From Thalassobaculaceae bacterium (GTDB taxonomy: Bacteria > Pseudomonadota > Alphaproteobacteria > Thalassobaculales > Thalassobaculaceae), in assembly GCA_965228875.1 (NCBI GenBank), contig OZ245843.1:2896616-2960615 (forward strand): 64,000 bases of DNA, in the 5' to 3' direction. Positions 48,922-57,902 of this stretch are shown in pieces. Within the stretch, counting starts at the first letter, position 1. The number at the start of each line of letters is the position of its first letter. Under the pieces are notes generated by a model. The model made no database searches, was not told where the DNA came from, and worked only from the letters and a program-made list of their open reading frames with translations. A program made the position numbers and the translations under genes.

Positions 48922-49196
48922 GCGCGCTTACCGACCTCTACAACGGCCTCAAGGCTGCACGGGAGGAGAAGCTCTCGGACATCACCACGAAGGTGGAGCG
49001 GGACAATCTCGTGGGGGACCGGCGGAACGATCCGCCGGTCCCGGAGCACAATTATCCGGCTCCGGATTGGGTGCTGAACCCCGACGATCCGAACCGTCAG
49101 GCGATGCGTCGCCGTGAGCAGCGCATCAACGAGTTGAACGAGCGGTTGGGTAGGGCATCGGCCAGGCTGGAGCAGGATTTCGATCGCAGCCGGTGA
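48918..49196 (+). CDS. small hypothetical protein
   Basis: ATGA overlap with upstream ORF; C-terminal coiled coil. Confidence 0.65.
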   Translation: MSALTDLYNGLKAAREEKLSDITTKVERDNLVGDRRNDPPVPEHNYPAPDWVLNPDDPNRQAMRRREQRINELNERLGRASARLEQDFDRSR

Positions 49197-49235
49197 AATT
49201 TGCAGTGCGCAAATCTTTTATGATACTTTACTAAT

Positions 49236-49613
49236 ATGATCGAATATCTGATTGAACGTGAGCGTGAGGAAAACTTCCGTACATCGACCCGAACGTTGTC
49301 CTTCCCCGACGGCGAGACCCGCCGGATCGAGGCGTACCGCCTCGTATGGACGTGGTTTGACCGTGCTGTCGCCTACGAGTTCGGACCTTCCGAAGAAGAC
49401 ATCCTGACCATGACGCTGCGCTGCGCGGACATGGAGCGCCGCGCCCCCGACGCTGCCTTGGGCCGTGTCCTGGGCTATCTCATCCAGCGGGACGAGGCCG
49501 GCGGAATGGATTACACCGACGACAACCTACAGCTCATGCTTGCCAAACGCGGTGTGCGGCGGTTTCATGAACGGAGAAAGTGTAGATCACCCAAGGGACG
49601 CACAAAACCCTAG
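49236..49613 (+). CDS. hypothetical protein, weak ribbon-helix-helix (RHH_4)-like pattern
   Basis: TRTLSF.DG..RRI....LVW..F strand-strand-helix pattern; AT-rich upstream region. Confidence 0.55.
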   Translation: MIEYLIEREREENFRTSTRTLSFPDGETRRIEAYRLVWTWFDRAVAYEFGPSEEDILTMTLRCADMERRAPDAALGRVLGYLIQRDEAGGMDYTDDNLQLMLAKRGVRRFHERRKCRSPKGRTKP

Positions 49614-52009
49614 TTGACAGGCTCATTGTCAGGCGAATATTTTGCGACACACCGATTGATATCACCCATGAACGCGATATGCCAGATCCTATATTTATTA
49701 TATACTGTTCCTAGAAAGACAAGATCTGGGCTTTCTCTATACGATTCGATGATTGATTCTTCAAGATCGGAAACGATACGATCAAGAGCACCCCTAATAT
49801 TCTTGAAACACACGTCAACATCCTGGCTTGTAATTTCATCTAATGCGCCACGCAAAGTACGGAAAGAATATAAAATGTCAGGAATTCTGCCGTCATTGTA
49901 AGATGTGTTAGCACTTTCCGCAGAAGTAACGATAGATTTCAAAATGAACTTCGGATCGTCAAATGCCACTCCATATTCATAAAGTAACAAGCCGTAGTCA
50001 ATCTGACGCGAAGCGGCGGAAACGTTATCAACATCATCAAATATCGACAAAGCCTCTTCATACTGATTCAGAGCTTCTCGAATATAATTTGTGTTCTTAC
50101 TTTTCTTGTAAAGAGCTCGCTTTATCAAAGACAGACTAAACAGCATACCAGCATATGAATATGGTTGATTGTTTTTAAATTTGATTATCTGATGTTCATA
50201 CCATTTTACGTTTTCTTCTATATTCAATATTTCAGATTCCAATCCTATGTCAAAAACATACCCAATCAATGCTCCAAATGAACCGGAAATCTCTTCCGAA
50301 TCTCTTCTCCTTTCCATCTCACTCCATACGGCCAATATGTCCCGGGTTGCTTGATCGTTTAATGTCGAATCTTCTGTTTGCAACGCGAGATTAAGTCGTG
50401 CCCTAGCATACTGAAACTGCGCTATAATCCTATTGTTAGATTCTTTGGGCATTAGTGATACAACGTCCCCAAGTGTGTCAACCGCCTCCTTCATTCTTTC
50501 CGTATTCTGCAAACGCCCGGTATATGTAATGTTTGACCTTGTTCCGCGAGTTTGCAGAAATTCAGCTAGAGAAAGCTTTTGTTGAGTACAGTCATTTATC
50601 GACGGAGAAGTCTCACAAAATTTAACGGCTTCGCGCATCACGGAGGTTCCCGCGATAATATATTCATTGTCACCAGTACCATTTCCAAACAGGACTTTTG
50701 ACTTCGCAATCATGTGAAGCCGCGCCACTCTCTCATTGTCCTTGAGAACATAGCGAGTATGACTCACCATACCCTCTAGAAGTTCTATCGCTTTAAGTAA
50801 ATTTTTAAATGAGCCAGCGCCAGTTGCACTGTCAATCAGAGAGGCCGCGGCTCTAAAAGTATAATATTTCTCTGATTCATGATTTTTCGCTATCGAAAAG
50901 TATCTAGCTGCTTCTAAAAAATCCTGATAGGCAGAAAAATCATCGAAATTGATACTCTTCGTAGAAGCAGATTTTGCAAATACCTCCGCTAAAGTCTGAC
51001 TTAAAGTTGAGTGGCTTTGCGTCAGGACTTTTGTAGACTCGTCATATTTTTCGGACGCCTCGGCGAACCGGCCTTCTGCTGACAAATTTTCAGCAACTAC
51101 AAGAAGTTTCCCACCCACTCCTAGATCCGAAACATCCACCACTTTCATCGAAGCCTGATAGTTTTCGGCAAAGATAGAAAGAAAACCCGGAACTTCTTCG
51201 ATACTGATACTCTTATTTGCTCCAATTTTTACTAATTGATGGATGATGGCATCTCTTGGAATTCTAAGATACTTCTCCATATGGTTAATCTTGGCGCCGT
51301 TCTCCTGAGATATTACGAGAACTCTACTAAGATAATCGATTTGCCCTTGATATTTACGTTGAATTTCTTCCTGAATGGTGATCGTCGATCTGCGTTCGCT
51401 GTTTTCGATATGCCAGATCAAGCCAATTACTACAAATATCGATACCGCCACAGCACCATAGATATATACTTTGTGCTTCCGAACTAGTAATTTAATTGCT
51501 CTAATTATGAAATGCGTTGAAGGTTCTCTTATCTCGTTTAAATCAATTGTCGATTGGACCTTCCTCCCTTCCTTGTCAAAAATGGGCAAGGCAGAGAAAC
51601 TTGGCTCCGGCTCTGCGCCAACATAATTATGGAATGGAACTCCAAAGTGATTGTATAGTTTCTTCGCTTCCGCGGGATGATAATATGTCAACCAGGCTAG
51701 GTATCCGGGAAGATGATCCCATTTCTCCCCAATTTTTAGAGCATTGAAGAACCGATTAGCGTGATAGAGTCGCTGTTTATCTTCTGTCACACGTGGCTCT
51801 AGCTGTTCACCAATCGATTTCGCAAACGCGTCAACCTTGTTGTAGAGCTGTAGTCTATTCAAATTGTCGTGTTTGTGACACAGCGTGATTGTCTCCAGAA
51901 TCTTAGCCACATCGTAGGACTTAGGCCCGGTCGCGCACGCGCTCCTAATACGTTTAGCGTCCTCGGCAAATCGACGGTTCTCTGAAGTTACAGACACGTC
52001 GCAACGCAC
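49610..52009 (-). CDS. low-GC protein with one TM helix and TPR-like alpha-solenoid
   Basis: 799 codons open in AT-rich DNA; TM VYIYGAVAVSIFVVIGLIW; TPR-like GRFAEASEKYDE, IREALNQYEEAL; start uncertain. Confidence 0.75.
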   Translation of the reverse strand: MRCDVSVTSENRRFAEDAKRIRSACATGPKSYDVAKILETITLCHKHDNLNRLQLYNKVDAFAKSIGEQLEPRVTEDKQRLYHANRFFNALKIGEKWDHLPGYLAWLTYYHPAEAKKLYNHFGVPFHNYVGAEPEPSFSALPIFDKEGRKVQSTIDLNEIREPSTHFIIRAIKLLVRKHKVYIYGAVAVSIFVVIGLIWHIENSERRSTITIQEEIQRKYQGQIDYLSRVLVISQENGAKINHMEKYLRIPRDAIIHQLVKIGANKSISIEEVPGFLSIFAENYQASMKVVDVSDLGVGGKLLVVAENLSAEGRFAEASEKYDESTKVLTQSHSTLSQTLAEVFAKSASTKSINFDDFSAYQDFLEAARYFSIAKNHESEKYYTFRAAASLIDSATGAGSFKNLLKAIELLEGMVSHTRYVLKDNERVARLHMIAKSKVLFGNGTGDNEYIIAGTSVMREAVKFCETSPSINDCTQQKLSLAEFLQTRGTRSNITYTGRLQNTERMKEAVDTLGDVVSLMPKESNNRIIAQFQYARARLNLALQTEDSTLNDQATRDILAVWSEMERRRDSEEISGSFGALIGYVFDIGLESEILNIEENVKWYEHQIIKFKNNQPYSYAGMLFSLSLIKRALYKKSKNTNYIREALNQYEEALSIFDDVDNVSAASRQIDYGLLLYEYGVAFDDPKFILKSIVTSAESANTSYNDGRIPDILYSFRTLRGALDEITSQDVDVCFKNIRGALDRIVSDLEESIIESYRESPDLVFLGTVYNKYRIWHIAFMGDINRCVAKYSPDNEPVN

Positions 52010-52042
52010 CTTGGCTGAGTCCAGCGATGGACCAATCCATTC

Positions 52043-52726
52043 TCAGAGTCCGGCCTCGGGGTGAGTGACAATAGAAGTCTGCGCCGGCGTCGGAGGGTCG
52101 AGCGGGAGACCGTTGCGGTAGAACGCCCAGGCTTCGATTTCACCAGTATCGGCGTTGCGGCGAACTTTGGCCGGGCCTTCATCTCTATGAAGCTCCCCGT
52201 CCCGGTGCCAAGCCTCGAACAGTGCAACGCCGTTCTCGGAGTCTCGTTCAATTTCTGCCGGTCCGTCCGTTCTGTGCAGTTCACCGTTAACGTACCAATC
52301 CTCGCTCACCCTCACTCCGGTTCCATCGTCTCGGACGATTGAGGCGGGTCCATCAGCGCGATGCAGTTCTCCGCCCTTGTACCAGCGTTCCTCGATATCA
52401 ATGCCGCCTTCGCTCTTGATCAGCTGCGCGGGGCCATCCTGACGATCGAGTTCGCCGTTGCGATACCATAGCCTGATAGTCCACGGATGATTGTGATACA
52501 CGATGGCCGGGCTGTCATCCCGGTGACGCTGCCCGTCCTTCCACCATTCCTCAATAAGCAGTTGCCCATCTTCGGCGTCATAGATCGACACCGCCGGACG
52601 ATCGCCGGAGCGGTGACGGTCGGGCGTACCCTGCTTCGTCCACGTCTCGACCAGTATCGGTCTGTCTGCGACGAACTCAACTTCGTGATCGTCAAGACGC
52701 TCAACTGTTACATCATAACACTCCAT
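52043..52726 (-). CDS. HRxDGPA-repeat protein (MORN-variant-like beta-hairpin repeats)
   Basis: Six repeats W...G..(H/D)R.(D/E)(G/S/R)PA plus a final FYRNG. Confidence 0.8.
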   Translation of the reverse strand: MECYDVTVERLDDHEVEFVADRPILVETWTKQGTPDRHRSGDRPAVSIYDAEDGQLLIEEWWKDGQRHRDDSPAIVYHNHPWTIRLWYRNGELDRQDGPAQLIKSEGGIDIEERWYKGGELHRADGPASIVRDDGTGVRVSEDWYVNGELHRTDGPAEIERDSENGVALFEAWHRDGELHRDEGPAKVRRNADTGEIEAWAFYRNGLPLDPPTPAQTSIVTHPEAGL

Positions 52727-52940
52727 ATCAAATGACTTTCGGTATAAATAGTTCAAATATAAAGTGAATATACATCAAATATTATGAAAATGCAATCTTT
52801 AAGAATAAAACGCCAGAGCCAAACACTCCAAAGCCATCCAAACGACATCCAAACTGGGAAAACCGGCAGATCAACAGACACTTAGCGGTGTCGACGTTCT
52901 GGCGAGACCGGTCTCGCTCCCCTAGCCAAGGAGCGGGAAA

Positions 52941-53366
52941 ATGGCTGGAGAAAAGTGTGTTGGCGCGGTCATCCGCATCAGGCCTGTGAGGGTCATCAAG
53001 CAGCCTGCGTTCAATCAGCAGCTTGCGGAATTCTACGTCGATCTCGGCTTGTCCGGGGACGACACGGTCGATTGGGTTCTGGGGCGCTGCTACCCCCACC
53101 TCCGGCCTGCGCAAGTGCAACACGTGCCGGTGATCGACCGCGATGGTTCGATCGTCGACTTCGACCGGGTCTTCATCGAGGAGATGTTCTCAGCTGACCC
53201 GCGCCGGTACGTCAACGCCTATAAGCTGCGGGCAGTGCCGCCTCTCTCGAAGCAGAGGCTTCACGCCACCTGCGTCTCCCGTGTGACCTTCATGGATGTC
53301 GCGAGGCAGACGGAGATGCTTCTCCGAGGTGCCTCCGGCGACATGAACGGTCGGCAGAACGACTGA
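52941..53366 (+). CDS. hypothetical protein
   Basis: 141 aa, RBS AAGGAG, divergent from the repeat-protein gene. Confidence 0.6.
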   Translation: MAGEKCVGAVIRIRPVRVIKQPAFNQQLAEFYVDLGLSGDDTVDWVLGRCYPHLRPAQVQHVPVIDRDGSIVDFDRVFIEEMFSADPRRYVNAYKLRAVPPLSKQRLHATCVSRVTFMDVARQTEMLLRGASGDMNGRQND

Positions 53367-53372
53367 ACACCG

Positions 53373-53410
53373 GCCCGGCCGCGGCTCGTCCGCGGTCGGG
53401 CTTCCTTCTT
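53373..53410 (+). terminator. terminator-like hairpin at start of a structured 220-nt intergenic region
   Basis: GCCCGGCCGCGG-CTCGT-CCGCGGTCGGGC then TTCCTTCTT. Confidence 0.55.
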
Positions 53411-53585
53411 CACGGTGTTCGTCGAACCGACGGTCATGACCGGAAACCGGCCCTGGCTCCGATCTTCCGCCCAGGGTTAGGTCTCGGTCCCACCCGTTCG
53501 CTGCCAGACGGACACCTAGCTTCGGCACAGAATCCCGGGCGCAGCCAACGCGCCGCCTGGGGTCTCCTGAAGTAGGAGTCATCTC

Positions 53586-55757
53586 ATGGCTGGAAGGTTT
53601 CTAAACGATTGGCAGCAGGGCCGTTTCAAGTCGATTGCGCGCGCCCTTGTCGTTCTCGCCATCATCTCAACGGTCTTCACGGGTTTTGGCGCTGTAGATC
53701 TCCTCGTTCGAGGCGACTGGTGGGATTACCTCCTCGCAGCGGCGCTCGCCGCAGCCTCCGGCATCATGATCTGGGCTATCTGGCTCGTGATCTTGCGCAC
53801 CGCTGTCGAAGAGACCTCCGTCCTCGGTCGGATCGGGAGCTTCGTGAAGACCTTGATCGCTACGCCGGCCATCCTCACGGCCTCGACCTGGCTGATGACC
53901 GCCGGCTTCGCCAACGATTCGGACAAGGTGCACATGCTCCATGCCCTGGCGATTGCCGAGGGCTACACCGAGGCCGTCAGCAAACCTGCAGTTGCCGCTG
54001 GTCGGCTTGCACCGCAGGTGAGCAGGGTGGCCGCCGACCTCGGCCGCTTGAGCGAGCTAGAGTTCCGGGACGGCGTGTCGACGGGCATTCCCGGCCCCGG
54101 GGCCGTGGTCAGCGCCCTCGACTTGAGTTCGAAGCAGCTGTTCGACCTGGCCAGGGAAGTGGAGGCGGCATTGTCTAATGCCGCGGCTCTTCGGGCGGAG
54201 GCTTCCGACCTGATCGGCAAAATGCGGGCGGTCGCAAACTCCTCAGCTTCGGCCGACCAGCGCTGGCAGGAGTTTGGTGCGCACGAGAGCGCGTGGCGCG
54301 CCACTGTTGCCCGGATCGGAGCCAAGCATCTGCTGCATTCCGTGGTGAACGGCCTCGAGGCTGCCAGCCGCGACTTCGGCACCGTGGTCGCGCTGTCGCA
54401 GAACAAGTCGATCGCCGCCAAACAGGAAGCGGCGATCACGAAGTACCGGGTGCTGATCACCCAGCAGGCTGGGCCGATCATCGCCCAGGCCCGCAGCCTG
54501 ATGGCCGTCACTCTTCCCGATGCCCCCGTGGTCGAGCGGATCGGAGCCGCGGTCGCGGTGGTGACCTATTGGCAGCACAACGTCGCATACTGGCTGCTTG
54601 GCATCGGCATCGACCTCGGTGTGCCGATGATCCTGCTGATTTCGATCCACGTTGCTACGGCGACAACCACCCCGCGGGAACGTTGGATCGCCCGGGTACG
54701 CGGAGTGACGACCGAGGAAAGGGCTGCGGCTCGGGCATCTGATTTCGGTCTGGAGCGCTTGGAGATTGACCACCAGACGAGCCACTACATCAATGACGCT
54801 CTTATTGGCCGGGAGCCAGAGGCGGAGCAGGTTCGCGAACTGACGAACACCGAGCCCTCCGATCATGCCCACCGTTACCGGACGGGCCGGATCGTGCTCG
54901 CGCTCGTGGCGCTCGCCATCACGGCGGCGCTAACTACCGGCGCCATCGTCTACGCCATCGGTGGGGGCTCGATCACGATCCCCGGCCTGACGGCTCCGCC
55001 GCCTGCGCAGTACGAGGTGGAGCCGGGCTGCACCTTGATGCCCAACGGCATTGCGGTGTGCGAGCCGGACGCCGCCCGTCTGACCGCCCCGAGCGACCTT
55101 TCGCTCGGGGCCGGGGACGGCGGCATTCTCGCGGCGCAGAAGAAGTCATGCGTCGAGAAGATCCTCCCGCCGCGCCCGGAGGCCGTGGCCATGGTCGACT
55201 TGATCGTCGAAAGCGTCGGTCTCGTCCGCAACTTCGATGTGCATGCGGGCGTATTCAACGACACCTGCCTCGCCGTGGCGGGGGTCGTCAACGGTAAGCG
55301 CGTCATCGTGTACGACGACGAGCGCTTCCACTGGGAGGATGGTCGTGCACGGTGGTCCGACGTGGGTATCGTAGCGCACGAAATAGCCCATCTCCTCCTC
55401 AGCCACTGGATGGACGGCGGGTCGCGCCCGCCGACCGAATTGGAGGCCGATCAGTTCAGCGGCTACTCCCAGGGGCAACTCGGAGCCAGCCTGACGCAAG
55501 CTCTCTCCTGGACGCTGCTGGTCGGCGAGGCCGGTGGTTCGACGCATCCACCCCGAGCCGCCCGCATCAAGGCGGTCGCTCTCGGTTGGGGCAAAGCTGC
55601 AATCCAGATGACTTCCGCTACTTTAAGCAGCACCTGGATCGGAGATGAATTCCGGATGGCAGGCCAGACCTGCCGTCTGGCCCGCCTTGCAGGCGGCCGC
55701 CATTCCTCCGCTCGGATCGCCTGCGAGCAGACAGGGCGGTGGATCTGGCACGACTGA
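53586..55757 (+). CDS. multi-TM/coiled-coil membrane protein fused to an M48-like zinc metallopeptidase
   Basis: Several TM helices and helical domain, then AHEIAH, ELEADQFSG, STHP....R. Confidence 0.75.
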   Translation: MAGRFLNDWQQGRFKSIARALVVLAIISTVFTGFGAVDLLVRGDWWDYLLAAALAAASGIMIWAIWLVILRTAVEETSVLGRIGSFVKTLIATPAILTASTWLMTAGFANDSDKVHMLHALAIAEGYTEAVSKPAVAAGRLAPQVSRVAADLGRLSELEFRDGVSTGIPGPGAVVSALDLSSKQLFDLAREVEAALSNAAALRAEASDLIGKMRAVANSSASADQRWQEFGAHESAWRATVARIGAKHLLHSVVNGLEAASRDFGTVVALSQNKSIAAKQEAAITKYRVLITQQAGPIIAQARSLMAVTLPDAPVVERIGAAVAVVTYWQHNVAYWLLGIGIDLGVPMILLISIHVATATTTPRERWIARVRGVTTEERAAARASDFGLERLEIDHQTSHYINDALIGREPEAEQVRELTNTEPSDHAHRYRTGRIVLALVALAITAALTTGAIVYAIGGGSITIPGLTAPPPAQYEVEPGCTLMPNGIAVCEPDAARLTAPSDLSLGAGDGGILAAQKKSCVEKILPPRPEAVAMVDLIVESVGLVRNFDVHAGVFNDTCLAVAGVVNGKRVIVYDDERFHWEDGRARWSDVGIVAHEIAHLLLSHWMDGGSRPPTELEADQFSGYSQGQLGASLTQALSWTLLVGEAGGSTHPPRAARIKAVALGWGKAAIQMTSATLSSTWIGDEFRMAGQTCRLARLAGGRHSSARIACEQTGRWIWHD

Positions 55758-55766
55758 TTGCTCAGG

Positions 55767-57740
55767 CTATGCGCCGCCGCGATCCGGCAACCCCGCCCAA
55801 CGCTCCATAGCCCATTCCACATGATCCTGCCGCGCCGTGTTGCCGGTGCCGTTGATCCAGTTCGAGATCATCGGCGCGCTGAGCCCGTCTGGCGCATCCG
55901 TCGCGCCCCGCAGCAGATCGGCCTGCATGATACCCGTACGCCCGCGCTCGCGCTTTAGCGTTTCGCGGATGTCCTCCGTGATCGGCACCCGTTCCGGCGC
56001 TTCGGCGGTGATGGACTCCCAAACAGCAATCGCGAACTCCAGATGCTCGGGCTTGGCTGCCTTCACGCTGCCGTTGAGCCATGCCGTCACGGTCGTATGT
56101 TTGAAGCCCATTGGGATATCGAGCCCCGAGCGCTTCGCCTGGTTGACCAGCGCCGTTCCGCCCATCCCGGTTCGCTCTTTGAGGGAGCGGAGCTTCTGCA
56201 CGATCTCCTCGTTCAGTACGATCCGGCCATGCCGGATCTCGTAGCGGGTAGTGCCGAGCGTAGAGGCGTCCGGTCGCGGCATATCCGGCAGGCCACGCCA
56301 CCGCGCGAGGACCACCTCATAATGCGACCTTCTTGCCGACGCGATTGTCCCCGATAGCCAGCCATACACCGCAGGCGCAGGGGGCGAATCCGGCGAACCC
56401 TCTAAGCTGCGAACCAGCCCCAGAACATCGACGCCGGTGCGGCGACGCTCAGCTTCCAGTGCCGCGACATGCTCACCGGTCAGTTCCAGCCGATCTCGCC
56501 CGGTCTCGACCACAGTTTGCAGAGCCGAGATCGTGAACTCGAAGTGGTCTCGCCGCGCCAGGGCCACAGCCCCCGAAAGCCACGACTGAATCACATCGGA
56601 GGTCAACCCGCGCGGAACATTGCCCGGACAGGCCCGTAAGGCGGCCTGCGGCCCCATGCCGATGCTGGTCAGAAGTTCTGCGATCCGCTGAATATCGCCC
56701 TGCGTCAGCGTTATGAAATCGAACTGCTCATACGCTTCCCACGCCGCGCGCACCCAATCGAGATGCGAGCGGAGCGCTGATTTGGTGCGGCCCGAGAGCC
56801 AGAACCGGATCATGTCTACCGTTAGGCCGCACGGTACGCCCTGCGCACCGCGGAGTAGCCTTTCTGGCGATACGCCAGTCCGCTCGTTCAAGGTACAGAG
56901 CTGCGCCCGCAACTCCGCAGAAATCTCAACTTTCTCTATGTCGTGGCAGCGCCGTATCACGTAATCAAGGTGGTCCGTCGGAATGGTCTTGGTTCTGTCT
57001 GCCAGCCATGAACTCACGCTGCGCGGACCGAGACCGGCGGGAACATTCGGCGCGTCGATAAAAATCCTGCTCGGCAACAGTCCGTTCTCGAAAAACCTGT
57101 TTAACACGGGCAGATAGGCATCGCGCTTTATAGATTTCGTGTTGTCCTTGTCATGGTCAGTCGGAACTGCATGCCCGGTAAGATGCCGTAGCTTCCGAAA
57201 GCTGCGCACGGAGTTCAGCTTATCCAAAGCCTTCCTGCACAAAGCGCTCGGAGGCGTCGCCTCCGAGCCGAATAGATGGGCGGATAGAGCGTCGTACTCC
57301 GCCTCAGGGAGCCGACGGACGAGATCATGAACAAAGTCGTGAGCGAAATCGGCAGGAACCATGCGGGCGAATGCGACTTCACCCAGAACGATGTCAACCT
57401 GCTCCGGCGTCAGCATTCGTTCAGGCACGTCTTCAGCGGGGGTCTTCTTCCTCCGCGTGCCGTAACCGTCATCATAGCTGTCTCGAAAGCGGTACGGGCG
57501 GTCGATGAATTCGTCGGGAAACAGGTCTTCAAGAGCGCAATCAAACGCGGACGATATGGCGGCTGCGTCGTATTTGACGACGCCGTTCTTGTCGACCGGG
57601 CGGCGTTCTAGGATGGCGTAGCTTTGAACATTGCGATAATGCAGCCCGGTATGCCGCGCCAGCTCGGCTATGGTCGCAAACTGCGACTGAGAGAGAATGT
57701 GTTCGAATTTTTCGTTTCGGGTCGGGGGCATCTCTATCAT
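55767..57740 (-). CDS. multi-HTH protein: N-terminal XRE HTH, degenerate sigma70-r4-like segment, six tandem HTH-like repeats
   Basis: TIAELARHTGL..LEDLFP; conserved W at aa 245/314/387/461/554/628, each with H at +12. Confidence 0.8.
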   Translation of the reverse strand: MIEMPPTRNEKFEHILSQSQFATIAELARHTGLHYRNVQSYAILERRPVDKNGVVKYDAAAISSAFDCALEDLFPDEFIDRPYRFRDSYDDGYGTRRKKTPAEDVPERMLTPEQVDIVLGEVAFARMVPADFAHDFVHDLVRRLPEAEYDALSAHLFGSEATPPSALCRKALDKLNSVRSFRKLRHLTGHAVPTDHDKDNTKSIKRDAYLPVLNRFFENGLLPSRIFIDAPNVPAGLGPRSVSSWLADRTKTIPTDHLDYVIRRCHDIEKVEISAELRAQLCTLNERTGVSPERLLRGAQGVPCGLTVDMIRFWLSGRTKSALRSHLDWVRAAWEAYEQFDFITLTQGDIQRIAELLTSIGMGPQAALRACPGNVPRGLTSDVIQSWLSGAVALARRDHFEFTISALQTVVETGRDRLELTGEHVAALEAERRRTGVDVLGLVRSLEGSPDSPPAPAVYGWLSGTIASARRSHYEVVLARWRGLPDMPRPDASTLGTTRYEIRHGRIVLNEEIVQKLRSLKERTGMGGTALVNQAKRSGLDIPMGFKHTTVTAWLNGSVKAAKPEHLEFAIAVWESITAEAPERVPITEDIRETLKRERGRTGIMQADLLRGATDAPDGLSAPMISNWINGTGNTARQDHVEWAMERWAGLPDRGGA

Positions 57741-57902
57741 TCAAGTATGATTCCAATAGATTGGATTTTACTAAAATACATTCAAATATTCAAGTTTATT
57801 AAACACTTAGCTGCTATTCTAATACTCAAATGGATCTAATTAACCATTTATTATGTAAAATACAATAAAATACTTAAAAAGAATAGTTATTCAGGGGCAA
57901 TT

